64,000 bases of DNA from Macrostomum hystrix. Lineage: Eukaryota > Animalia > Platyhelminthes. The position numbers were made by a program, and so were the translations under genes. Below the pieces are notes generated by a model. It was not told where the DNA came from. It worked only from the letters and a program-made list of their open reading frames with translations, and did not search any database. The DNA lies in NCBI GenBank assembly GCA_950097015.1, contig CATNEN010000004.1, positions 274,918 through 338,917 of the forward strand. Reading direction: 5' to 3'. Numbering within the stretch: the stretch's first letter is position 1; each line of letters opens with the position of its first letter. Shown here piece by piece: positions 33,032 to 46,355 of this stretch.

Positions 33032-36000
33032 CTATTCGATAGAGGACCCGTCTGCAGTCACAGATGCATCGCTGTTGGGTTCAATATTTTCTTTTGCGCT
33101 TGTTGACTCGCCATCCGTACTCGTCTCAAGATCATCACTTGATGTCTCATCATCATTTGATTGAGATGACTCGTCAAATATTCGTGCTTGAGGCATGTAC
33201 TGCGCATTAGTAATTGAATGATAAACATTACCAAGAGTTTCTTTGATTTCATCGATTTCTCTTTTAGTATTTTCGCAAGTGCTTGCGACATCTGCCAGTG
33301 CCTTGCTTACATGATTAATCCATTCGTTATTAGTTGTCAGAAACTGTCCAGCTAGTCTGGCATGACCAGCCAGAATTTCTTGGGTCTGGACTTGAAGAAG
33401 TGCCTTAATTGATTCTGTCTGTCTCACGTCGTCCGGATTCTGCAGTATGCTGCTTTCGCGCACCCAGGACTCTCTGACCTGCTCAGGCTGGACTGCGGTC
33501 GGATCACTCCCTGTTCTCCACTTGGGCCGCTCGCCATGGTCACCGTTGGAGGCCACAGTCGACGCCTCTGCCTGCTCCTCCGCTGAGTCCAAGAGGCTGA
33601 GTATGGGCGGACGCCACAGTTGATGGCGATGACGCCGCATGGTCTTCGCATGCAGCCTGGCAAACTCTTCTGGTAGTTCTGCTGGCTTGCTTTCGCTTGT
33701 GTTCCTCTGGCTGAGCTGTGTGAGGAGAAGGAAGAGAAAATTCTTGGACAATACGAGCTTAGTTGTGCAAAACGTCAAGAATTAAAAAACCACTGTTCTG
33801 ACACGACCGCCTTACCTGATAGTGTTTGTATCGCTGAGAATAAACCAAAATGGCATTGAAGGCTCCAAAAATGGTAAACGGTGGCGCAAACCACGTCTTG
33901 TTGGCGAACTCCTGCAGCAGTTGGTACCTGCTGCGCCTCCAAATGGCCAGCGGCCTGGTTGCCATGCGAGTCACCGTCACGTTGAAAAGCGCGATGAGAA
34001 GATTCAGCATTACCACCCCGATTACGAGGAAGAAGATGAATAAAACAACATTCAGGAAGAAGTTCTGCCCACCGGAATTGGCGCAGTCGGTGGCGCTAGC
34101 GGTATGAGAACTGCAGGTCTCATACTCAACCTTCTCAAAAAAACCGGCGGTCAGATGCAATGGAATCGTGAAGATCCTACCGAAATTTCTTACCTCAACG
34201 TACTGCGAGTCGTCACTACGTATGGAAGTGCCCGGAAAAACTATGTTGAATACGAACACGCCAAACATTACATACATTACTAGCATTATAGCAAGGAACG
34301 GCAGAAGGTTGTGCCAGATGAGATCATGAAACATTGAAATCAGCGGGCCTATACTTCTAAAGTATCGTAGAAGACAAAAGGCCCTGAAGCACCACAAAAC
34401 AAAGGAAACTGTCAGTGTTATCTGGCATCCGTAGACGATCTCCTCTTTTTCGCCTATTTCACTGCCTTCCGCAATGATGCGCTTCCAGATCAGCCCAACT
34501 AACATGGCTACAATGGCGAGAATATCGAAGACGTTAAAAACATCACGCAGGTAGTTTATTTTCAGCATCACCATATCAAACACCTCTTGGAGCAAGAGAG
34601 AGATCAAATACCACCAGAAAATGTACTCTGGAACATGCCAATGAAAGTTGCGCCTGATGTCGATTATCCAAGCGGCAAAGGACGTCAGGAAAAAAATGTA
34701 TGCCAACGAATGCACCACAATCTTAGCTTTTACATTCAGTGAAGTGAAGCATCTGTACCTCCGACCAGCTGCCGGGTTATCCGCTCCTGTGCTGGGCTCT
34801 GACTGGTGGCACTCGCAGTTAAACCGCTTTAGTTCCTCATCAACAAAGTCAACCAGTAAGCAGGTCGCGTAGACTTCCTCGCAGTCATACAGCTCAATCA
34901 TTTGCTTGATAGTGGCCTCCGATCTCTCCCACTGAGTTCGCTCCTTGGAACTGCAGCCTCCGATACATCTGAATCTTCCACTGTAGTTTAAACTCGGCTT
35001 GAAATAGCAGAATTTTCTCTCACTAGCCATAAAATCAAATATTATATTTCGCTCCTCGTCTCTTGCATCGGCGTACACGTGCTCAAAAGCGTTAATCAGC
35101 ACACATTTCACCCTGTACTCCAGTGACCTTAGATGCGTGTCTTTTGCCTCGTAGCTGGTCTTCAAAGCTTGGATTTCGATTAGCACTCTAAGGCAAACTG
35201 GGATTAAGTCACTCTGGCGGGTGACTACAAAGTCAAAAAGTACCTGGACTCTGCGTAGATGTAGGACAATTTCAATGAAGTCAGGTTTTTGCTTTCCCCT
35301 GAATGCCTCTTCAAGACTCCCTATATTTGAGAGACCGTCGGCTTGAAGAAGGAGAGCAAATACTTCAGCCTCAACTGTAGGCGTTACTTTGAACCCTAGA
35401 GTCATGAGAGCGCGGAAGTGGTCGATCGAGTCCAGCCTGATGGCCTCCAGCAGCAGTGACACCTCTGGCCGCGTCCATTGATTATAGTCAAGATTGGCGA
35501 GATGGAAGTCTGCATTTTCGCGCTTTTCTAACTGCTGCCTGGGGCTAGAAAAAGAGTCAAGCATTTGAGCAGCCTCTTGCTGAGTTGGCAACTGAACTCC
35601 TCGCCTGCCGGGATCAACGACGCTTTCAAACACATCGGGCTGGAAACTCTCCATAATTCTATCCAATGTCCTCTGGTGCCCAGCCCTACAGGCGAAGTCG
35701 TATGAGTTAAGCCCGTCATTTGTTTCATCTGCCATGGAAAACTTCTCCTCCAGCAAATAGCGTATATTCTGCTCATGGCCTCCCTCACAAGTAAAGTGCA
35801 TAACGGTGCCACCTTGCTTCGGTCCGAAATCAACGGGTGAAAGGAGAAGATCGTACCATGAGCGATCGGAAACTGAGCACATCAACTCTTTAATTTCAAT
35901 GTACGGATACCGACTGAAAAAATAGTTAATTGCATGAACTCTAGATGTGTTATAGAGCAACTTTTGCACCATGCTTTTCTCTCCGAAATGAAGGAAAATG

Positions 36001-39000
36001 TCTATAACCTGCCGCAGATTTATCATCGGCAACTCAGCAGCCTGGAAAAAGTTCTGATCGGCGCTATTTTCAGTGCAAGGATCAACGCCAGTCTTTATGA
36101 GCTGGAGCACCTCTCTAACAATCTCCTTCGCTGTGCAGTACAGCTGTTCGCTATCATTCTTGTCCCACAAAAACAGAGCATGCAGCAGTGTATTTCCAAT
36201 CCGATCGCGTAGAATCCGCCTCTGCTCATCGCTCACCTCCTGCATGAGTCGAACATTCTTGCTGCCGAAAGCGAAGAAGGTCGAGTTTCTGAACTGGAGG
36301 TCTCGCTTTGCTGCTAGATATTTGAAGTTGTTGTCCTGAATCTCTTGCCTGATCACATCTGTCACATCGAAGCCGTATTTAGAGTTCCTGGCACTGAAAT
36401 GAAGGCTTGAACGATGCTGATGATCAGTCTGTGAGAGGCCAGACAGCAGGCGTTCGTTATTGGAGTCCATTTTTAGTAGCTTCAGGAGCGACTGTATGCA
36501 ACGACTGTTTTGATGCTGCAGAGCGAAGTGCAGTGGGGTTAATCCCGTCCAAGTCTCCACTCAGGAGGCTTTGTATCATACTTTTTAAAACATTATTTTC
36601 TGAACCATTCCTTTGCAGCCTCTTAAACAACCACTTAAGGTTGCGGCCGCCTGTGACTTTGTTCATTGCAACGTAGTGCAGGACTGAGCGTTTTCGTTTG
36701 CAGGTCTCAAGCAACGCGTCGAAGTTGGGATTCTCGCCAAGCAGAGTCGCAAGCATGCTGGAGTCTCGCCTGTTCATGGCTCCGTAATGCAAGACAGTGC
36801 GACCCAGCGAGTCCTTGTCTGTGCCGCTGAAATTTAAGCCTCCGCTGCTCTCCATTTTTTGCTTGCCTGATGCCGCCTGGTACTTTGCTGCCACGAGGCT
36901 TATTGACTTTCCCGTATTAGAAGCGCGCATGTCTATCGGAGGACCTTCCTCATTGCGCACCTGTGTTAGGATCTCTACAAAAAACTCACGCTTGGCACAA
37001 CGTTGCATGGCGGACTTTCCTGATTTAGTCTCCTTTAAGAAAAACTTTTTTTTCAGTGTTCTGACGGCTTGCTCGACAACACTCTGCTTCTGAAATGCTG
37101 AGACTTGACTGGCCAGTTGAATGCGGTCTTCTTCGCTCAGGAAGTCCTCTCTGTTATTCTTCAGGAGCTGCAACATGGCACTGGAAGCCTGACCGTTGCC
37201 CGCTAGTTCTAAAGTGAATTCACTTAAAGCGGACCTCTTCGAACCATCGGGTATTTTCTGATACATTAACTCAAAAAATTCATGTACGCCTGAATTCCTA
37301 GCGGCCATTTTGAGCACTGAACTGTTAACATCCATGTTCCGCCTTTCGATCAAATCTGGCATGATTCCCACTGCTCTGCTGTTGGCAGCAACGTAGTGCA
37401 TAGGTGTCATGCCCTCTTGGTCAGCTCCGTTCCAATTCAGTTCACTGTGGCACAAATGCGACAAAGCCACAGAGTTCTGATGCATGGCGGCGATGTGCAA
37501 AGCAGTTCTGCCTTTTTTGTCCCTCTGCAAGAGAATTTCGCTAGGCTGCTCCCCTTGAGGCCAAAGCTTCTTCAGGGACTTCTTAATGAATTGATGGTCC
37601 TGGTGCTGGAAGGCGTAGTGCAGCGGTGTGCAACCAAGTTCGTCCTGTTTACCGAATGCCTCTGTGTGCTCTCGAAGAAGAGTTTCAACAGTTGATTGGC
37701 GAAGCCGATTGCTGCAGAAGAGGTGAACCGGAGTCATGCCTCTGACATCCTTGACGCAGAGATTTTCCTTCAGCATTCGCATAAATTCGTCGGGCATATT
37801 CTGCCGGCAGTACATGTTCTTTGCTAATTCATGTACGGGTGTGGATTCGAAACAATTCTTTTTTCCAAGAATCGAAACCCAATCGCTTTCTTTTCCATTC
37901 TGAGCAGCAGAAGTCTAAGGTTGTCTTTAAAGTCTCCTTCCTGTGGTTTCTTGCCATCAGATGAATCGCAGTAGTACCCTGAGAGTCTCCTGCAAATAAA
38001 AGCTCTGAAGATTTTGGGTCATTTGTATTAAGATGCCTGACAAAATGTTCTGCTGCCAAAAAACCAGTTCTATTGGCGCACAGATGGTGCATAACCGTGC
38101 GGCCAAAATTGTCGGCTTCGGCTGTCAGCTCAGCCATTTTTCCGTTATCGATGTAGTGTCTCACGAATTCAAGCGTGTGCGGTCCGCACGCAGCAAAGTG
38201 CAGCGGTGTTTTTCCCTCCCTGTCCTTCATCAGCGTTTTAATTCCACTAGCGCTCAAGGCTTTCAACGCTTTCTCCAATGTTTGCCATTTCATAGCGAAG
38301 TGCAGTGGAGTTATGCCATCTGCGTCCATTTCACTGAGAATTCGACTCCCACAGCATTCGATCAGGGAGGTAAGAGTGTCCCCAAACTTGTTCTTGGCTG
38401 CCAAATGAGCTGGCGTTCGTCCTTTGACGTCTTTCCTCTCGAGTAGACTCTTGTCTTGAAAGGATCTCAGGAACGACAAGTGACTTTGATGCTTGGCGGC
38501 CAGATGAATGGGAGTTCTATTTTTAGCATCACGAGCAGACCAGACCTCAGGTGTCACCTTGCTCATGCCCATCTCAGGGATCCATGTGTGCTGGAACTGC
38601 GCCGCATAGTGAAATGGTGTTCTGCTCTGAAAATCTTTTGCTGAAAAAGCTTTGGCACAATCTTGGCTATGATGAACAATAAGCCACCAGAAAAGGCTTT
38701 TCGTTTCTATATCACGGCTCGCATTTGCGCTATTGTCAGTTGCCTTATTGGGCAGTGGAAGTGCGGAAGAGGTGAAACTTCGGTTGATCGCTGCGTAATG
38801 TAAAGGCGTTCGGCCATCTGCATCAGGCTGACGGAATTCAGAGAAAAAAAGTTTCTTCTGTGCTGTCTCTGCTGTCTGTTGTCGAATAAATTTAACAATT
38901 TTCTCTGGATGTGAGCTCATAGCAAGGTAGTGTGCGAGAGAGCGGCCTTTAAGATCTTTTATGTTCAGGTGGGTAGATATCAGCCTCATATAGCCTTTGC

Positions 39001-40552
39001 ATGTCTGTCTCTCAGCCATGAGATGAAGCGGCATCACTCCGTGATGGTCTACGTCCAGAAATCTCTCTTCCGGTAGCTTTTCCTTCAGACGCGGTAGTAG
39101 TTTTGTGCAGGCTGGATTGCCTGCTGCATAGTGAACGACAGTTTTGCCATGAGAGTCTGCAATGCTAAAGTGATTAACATCAAGAACATCTATCAACTGT
39201 TTCATAGATCTAAACTGTTCCTCATAGTTTGGAAGCTTGTTTTGCCAGGTGAGTACTGCCAGGTGCAGCGGCGTTAGCTTGTCATTGTCCTCCTGTAACA
39301 TTTTGGACACGAGTTCCGCATTGTTGTTGATCCAACTTAGCATTTCCCAGCGGCTGTTCGGGTTCAAAGCGCAGCAATGAGCCGCAGTCCTGCCGCTCTG
39401 GTCCCTTCTGTTCCACCACTCGTCCACAAGCAGGCGATCGTATTGGTACAGCCACTCCAGCGTTTTGAGACAGCCGAATCGGCAGGCACAGTGCAGCGGT
39501 GTCTCAGCCCGCTTGTTGCTCCTCCATGCTTCTATTTGTTGCCTTAGAAAGTTTCGCAGTGGTTGATTTTCTAAATCTAGCCCGCTAGAGTTGCTGACTG
39601 CAAAGTGAAGCGGTGACCAATAATTATGGTCAATCTGATTAAGGGCTTTATCGTATTGTCTGTCGATTTGCGTCTTCCCAAACATCTTTACGACAGTCTG
39701 GGTGTCGCAGAACTGTAGGATTAACATAAAAGGCGTTTGCCCATGAGAGTCTTGCAACAATGGTTGCAGTGGTTTTTCCAGCAGTTCTTGCACCAGACGG
39801 CTGGGATCGCAGACTCGGCTGTCGGTCGCGTGGTGCAGCCCAGTTCTTCCGTGCCTGTCTTCCGTACCTAGCAGATCGATTGAATGAGTATGCTCAAGGA
39901 GGTATTTAATGATCCAGCTGTCTTGCCGCCTTTTGCTGGGGACAGATTGACCAGCTCTCGCTGACGTCGCCTGAGCCTTACCTGCACTGCTGAGACAGCA
40001 AGAGACGCCACAGCTGAGAGACCCTCTCACTGCGTAGTGAACCGGAGCCATGCCGTGCGCATCCTCTGTTTTCCAGCTTGAAATCTCTTTTCCTTCCAAA
40101 CGTTTCAGCAGTGGCTTTAGGGTGTGCGAATGCTTCAGTGTCACCGCAATGTGCAGCGGGGATCTGCCGCTGGCATCCAACTGAGCAAAATGGCTCACGT
40201 GGGCCAATCTGGAGTGGTTTGTTATCCGATCGATGGCCAACATACCGCCCGTCGTATCATCATTTTTTAGTCCCGAAATCCAGTGAATTAGAGTTCGACC
40301 GATGGAATCAATGGGAAATTTTGTAGTCGGTTCACTAAGGTATTCAAATAGTGTATTCATTTCGGGTCTTTTTATTTGAAAATATTCAACGTCATGCTTC
40401 TCGATTGCTGTGCGCACTTCTTCTGAAAATTCAAAAAGCTGCTTTGCCATATCCAAGTTGGGTGGCTTCTTGCCTCGAGAAGACTTCCTGCTGGCACCAC
40501 CAGCTGTGCCGCCTGCTCTGGTGCCCGCAGCCACGCCACCGCGGCCAGGCAT
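33032..40552 (-). CDS. Giant ankyrin-repeat TRP cation channel (about 2,470 aa if frameshifts are repaired; start uncertain, could extend to 40761/40885)
   Basis: Four ORFs join into one protein: +1 shift near 37900, +1 shift in a G run at 36544-36546, and a phase-0 intron CAG|GTAAGG...CACAG|CTC at 33716-33815. Roughly 30-35 G.TP/LH ankyrin motifs, six TM segments (about 33950-34725), NLLIALFN, a TRP box WRRSRYQLLQEF..APPF and a C-terminal coiled coil. Confidence 0.85.
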
Positions 40553-41022
40553 GACTCTAGACGACAGGGAAACAAAGCAGGAACGGGATTGTTCATGTAG
40601 CTCTAAATCTGGGAGAGACAATTCCGCGGAAACCCCCCATTTTTGTGGACCAAATTTGGCTGACTGGGGTGAAAAAAAATTTAATTGCAGGAGGGCTGCG
40701 GGCAGTGGCACATCATTTATTGACACTTGACCCGCAGCCAGCAAGGAGGCAATTCTGCCCATTTCGCTGAATCCTGAGCACACACGCCCACAGATACTGT
40801 ACACAGGCACACACACTTTTTCATCGTCAGGCAGTGTACTCCTTACTGTGCCTTGGAGGTTGGCCCTCAAGGGCGTAAATTGCACGAAAAGCCCTCAAGC
40901 CTTCTCTTCGCGGCTGCGCCCCAAATAAATGTGGCCTCGTCGTGGAATCGAACTTCGGGAGGGTCGCTTTCACAAACCCTAATTTTCACAACGTTTAAAC
41001 CAGATCCTTTCATAAGCCCTAA

Positions 41023-43489
41023 TCCACTATACTAAAAATGAAATGCTTGCTTGCTTGTAATTGATTTTCTCCCGAACAGCTCAACCAATTTTCACCATTT
41101 CTTCACCAAAAGATGCCAAATATGGGGACAATTTTACACGTATTTTTATTAAGCTTAACTTTATTGCTAAGAGGATTAAATATTCGAAAAACATGATTTT
41201 TTCAAAGGTCAAACCATCTTGGCCTATTGAGAATTTTACTCACTGCCACTGAATTGAAATTGCATCGTCAAATTGCGCAACAACCCCAAGCTGATTGAAT
41301 TTGAAGCCTGCACTCTGGAGACAAATTGGAAATAAATGTACACAACCAACCGCGAGACTGAGTGTACTCTATTTTCTTACTTCATTGTACAAAGCCAGAA
41401 CTTTGAAAATTTATTTTATAAGGCTGATTTTTGCACCCACTAACCAACAGTCGGAATAGCCGATGTGTAGGCACTAGGAATAGGTTATAGGCTAGGCTAG
41501 GGTTCGATTCTGCACTGCGTCAAATCATTTAAACTAATTTTCAGCCAGTAGTGATTGAAGATTATTTTGATTTATTTTTTTCATTTCGTAAATAAAATAT
41601 CATAAATCATAGCAAATCTGAGTTTGAATCATTGCAACAATAGAGTCTAAATCATGGCAAAACCAGAGTCTGAATCATGGCTAAACCAGAGCTTGAATCA
41701 TGGCTAAACTGGAGTCTGAATCATGGATAAACCAGAGTCTGAATCATTGCTAAACCAGAGTTTGAATCATGGCTAAACCAGAGTTTGAATCATTCTAAAC
41801 CAGCGTTTGAATCATGGCTAAACCAGAGTTTGAATCATGGCTAAACCAGATTTTGAATCATGGCTAAACTAGAGTCTGAATCATGGCTAAACCAACGTTT
41901 GAATCCTGGCTAACCTAGAGTCTGAATCATGGCTAAACCAGAGTTTGAATCATGGCAAAACCAGAGTTTGAATCATGGCTAAACCAGAGTTTGAATCATG
42001 GCTAAACCAAAATTTCAATCCTGGCCAACCAGAGTTTGAATCATGGCTAAACCAAAATTTCAATCCTGGCCAACCAGCGTCTGAATCATGGCTAAACCAG
42101 AGTTTGAATCATGGCTACACCAGAGTTTGAATCACGGCTAAACCAGAGTTTGAATCATTGCTAAACCAGAGTTTGAATCATGGCTAAACCAGAGTTTGAA
42201 TCATGGTAAAACGAGAGTTTGAATCATGGCAAAACCAGAGTTTGAATCATAGTCAACCAGAGTCTGAATCATAGCCCACCAGGGTTTAAAACATGGCGAA
42301 ACCTGAGTTTGAATCTTGGCTAACCCAGCGTTTGAAAAATCAACGTCAACTGGGGAGTCATCATCAAAATGGGGATCATGGTAAACTGGGGGATAATTGT
42401 CAACTTAGGGGGTAATGGTCAACTGGGGGATCATCATTAACTGGGGGATCATCATCAACTGGGGGATATTTGTGAACTGGGGGATCATTGTCAACTGGGC
42501 CGGATCATTGTCAACTGGGGGATTATTGTCAACTGGGGGATCGTTGTCAACTGGGGGATCATTGTCAACTGGGGGATCATCATTAACTGGGGGATCATCA
42601 TTAACTGGGGGATCATCATCAACTGGGGGATATTTGTGAACTGGGGGATCATTGTCAACTGGGCCGGATCATTGTCAACTGTGGGATCATTGTCAACTGG
42701 GGGATTATTGTCAACTGGGGGATCGTTGTCAACTGGGGGATCATTGTCAACTGGGGGATCATCATTAACTGGGGGATCATTGTCAACTGGGAGTTCATTG
42801 TCAACTGGGGGATCATTGTCAACTGGGGGAACATGGTCAACTGGAGGGGACATTGTTAACTGGGGATCATCATCAATGGGGAGTCATCATCAACTGGGGG
42901 ATCATTGTAAACTGGGGGATCTTTGTCAACTGGGGGATCATTGTCAACTGGGGGATCATTGTCAACTGGGGGATCATTGTCAACTGGGGGGTTCATTGTC
43001 AACTGTGGGATCATTGTCAACTGGGGGATCATTGTCAACTGGGCGGTCATCATCAACTGGGGGGATCATTGTCAACTGGGGGTTCATTGTCAACTGTGGG
43101 GTCATTGTCAACGGGCGGGATCATTGTCAACTGGGGGATCATTGTCAACTGGGGGATCATTGTCAACTGGGGGATCATTTTCAACTGGGGGATCATTGTG
43201 AACTGGGGGATATTTGTCAACTGGGGATCATTGTCAACTGTGGGATCATTGTCAACTGGGGGATCATTGTCAACTGGGGGATCATTGTCAACTGGGGGAT
43301 CATTGTCAACCGGGGGTTCATTGTCAACTGGGGGATCATCATCAACTGGGGGATCATCATCAACTGGGGGATCATTGTCAACTGGTGGTTCATTGTAGCT
43401 TTAAAAAGCTGTAAATTCAGCTGCTAAAAAGTATATACTAGACGAATTAAAAGTATTTCTGCTCCCCGAAGGGGGGCAAAACTTGCTAG
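41023..43489 (+). mobile_element. Long non-autonomous Helitron, copy 1 (complete TC...CTAG)
   Basis: A|TCCACTATACT start; 23-bp then 18-bp arrays; hairpin+CTAG at 43461-43489; the next copy starts at 43490. Confidence 0.88.
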
Positions 43490-44084
43490 TCCACTATACT
43501 AAAAATGAAATGCTTGCTTGCTTGTAATTGATTTTCTCCCGAACGGCTCAACCGATTTTCACCATTTCTTCACCAAAAGATGCCAAATATGGTGACAATT
43601 ATACACGTATTTTTATTAAGCTTAACTTTATTGCTAAAGGGATTAAATATTCGAAAAACATGATTTTTCAAAGGTCAAACATCTTGGCCTATTGAGAATT
43701 TTACTCACTGCCACTGAATTAGAATTGCATCGTCAAATTGCGCAACAACCCCTAGCTGATTGAATTTGAAGCCTGCACTCTGGAGACAACTTGGAAATAA
43801 ATGTACACAACCAACCGCGAGACTGAGTGTACTCTATTTTCTCACTTTGTTGTACAAAGCCAGAACTTTGAGAATTCATTTTATAAGGCTGATTTCTGCA
43901 CCCACTAACCAACAGTCGGAATAGCCGATGTGTAGGCACGAGGAATAAGTTAGGCTAGGCTAGGGTTCGATTCTGCACTGCGTCAAATCATTTAGACTAA
44001 TTTTCAGCCAGTAGTGATTGAAGACTATTTTAATTTATTTTTTTCATTTCGTAAATAAAATATTATAAACCATAGAAAATCTGA

Positions 44085-46355
44085 GTTTGAATCATTGCAA
44101 AAATAGAGTTTGAATCATGGCTAAACCAGAGTCTGAATCATGGCTAAACCAGAGTCTGAATTATGGCTAAACCATAATATGAATCATTGCTAAACCAGAG
44201 TCTGAATCATGTCTAAACCAGCGTTTGAATCATGGCTAAACCATAGTATGAATCATGGCTAAACCAGAGTCTGAATCATGGCTAAACCAGCGTCTGAATC
44301 ATGGCTAACCCAGCGTTTGAATCATGGCTAAACCAGAGTTTGAATCATGGCTAAACCAGATCTTGAATCATGGCTAAACCAGAGCTTGAATCATGGCTAA
44401 ACAAGAGTTTGAATCATGGCTAAACCAGAGTTTGAATCATGGCTAAACCAGAGTTTGAATCATGGCTAATGCAGAGTTTGAATCATGGCTAAACAAGAGT
44501 TTGAATCATGGCTAAACAAGAGTTTGAATCATGGCTAAACCAGAGCTTGAATCATGGCTAAACCGGAGTTTGAATCATGGCTAAACCAGAGTTTGAATCA
44601 TGGCTAAACCAGAGTTTGAATCATGGCTAAACAAGAGTTTCAATCATGGCTAAACAAGAGTTTGAATCATGGCTAAACAAGAGTTTGAATCATGGCTAAA
44701 CTATGGCTTGAATCATAGCCAGCCAGAGTTCAAGCTAAACCAGAGCTTGAATCATGGCTAAACCGGAGTTTGAATCATGGCTAAACCAGAGTCTGAATCA
44801 TGGCTAAACCAGCGTTTAAATCATGGCTAAACCAGAGCTTGAATCATGGCTAAACCAGAGCTTGAATCATGGCTAAACAAGAGTTAGAATCATGGCTAAA
44901 CCGGAGTTTGAATCATGGCTAAACCAGAGCTTGAATCATGGCTAAACAAGAGTTTGAATCATGGCTAAACCAGAGTTTGAATCATGGCTAATGCAGAGTT
45001 TGAATCATGGCTAAAACAGAGCTTGAATCATGGCTAAACCGGAGTTTGAATCATGGCTAAACCAGAGTTTGAATCATGGCTAATGCAGAGTTTGAATCAT
45101 GGCTAAACAAGAGTTTCAATCATGGCTAAACAAGAGTTTGAATCGTGGCTAAACAAGAGTTTGAATCATGGCTAAACCAGAGTTTGAATCATGGCTAAAC
45201 CGGAGTTTGAATCATGGCTAATGCAGAGTTTGAATCATGGCTAAACAAGAGTTTCAATCATGGCTAAACAAGAGTTTGAATCATGGCTAAACAAGAGTTT
45301 GAATCATGGCTAAACTATGGCTTGAATCATAGCCAGCCAGAGTTCAAGCTAAACCAGAGCTTGAATCATGGCTAAACCGGAGTTTGAATCATGGCTAAAC
45401 CAGAGTTTGAATCATGGCTAAACCAGCGTTTGAATCATGGCTAAACCAGAGCTTGAATCATGGCTAAACCAGAGCTTGAATCATGGCTAAACAAGAGTTA
45501 GAATCATGGCTAAACCGGAGTTTGAATCATGGCTAAACCAGCGTTTGAATCATGGCTAAACCAGAGCTTGAATTATGGCTAAACCAGAGCTTGAATCATG
45601 GCTAAACAAGAGTTAGAATCATGGCTAAACCGGAGTTTGAATCATGGCTAAACCGGAGTTTGAATCATGGCTAAACCAGCGTTTGAATCATGGCTAAACA
45701 AGAGTTTGAATCATGGCTAAACCAGAGCTTGAATCATGGCTAAACAAGAGTTTGAATCATGGCTAAACAAGAGTTTCAATCATGGCTAAAAAAGAGTTTG
45801 AATCATGGCTAAACAAGAGTTTGAATCATGGCTAAACTATGGCTTGAATCATAGCCAGCCAGAGTTCAAGCTAAACCAGAGCTTGAATCATGGCTAAACC
45901 GGAGTTTGAATCATGGCTAAACCGGAGTTTGAATCATTGCTAAACCAGAGTTTGAATCATGGCTGAACCAAAGTCTGAATCATGGCTAAACCAGAGTTTG
46001 AATCATGGCTAAACCAGAGCTTGAATCATGGCTAAACCGGAGTCTGAATCATGGCTAAACCAGAGCTTGAATCATGGCTAAACAAGAGTTTGAATCATGG
46101 CTAAACTAGAGTTTGAATCATGGCTAAACCAGCGTCTGAATGATGGCTAAACCAGAGTTTGAATCATGGCTAAACCAGAGTCTGAACCATAGCTAAACCA
46201 GCGTCTGAATCATGGCTGAACCAGCGTTTGAATCATTGCTAAACCATAGCTTGAATCATAGCCAGCCAGAGTTCAAGCTAAACCAGAGCTTCAATCATGG
46301 CTAAACCAGAGCTTGAATCATGGCTAAACAAGAGTTAGAATCATGGCTAAACCAG
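44085..46355. repeat. 23-bp minisatellite (TGAATCATGGCTAAACCAGAGTT)n; also at about 41620-42335, 48465-49375, 54005-56980, 59090-59420, 61320-61835
   Basis: Tandem units read directly inside each long Helitron. Confidence 0.95.

Noticed and set aside
33032-40885. Four separate genes, or an intronless retrocopy
   Set aside because: Ankyrin motifs continue across two +1 shifts, and the last junction is a canonical 100-bp GT-AG intron.
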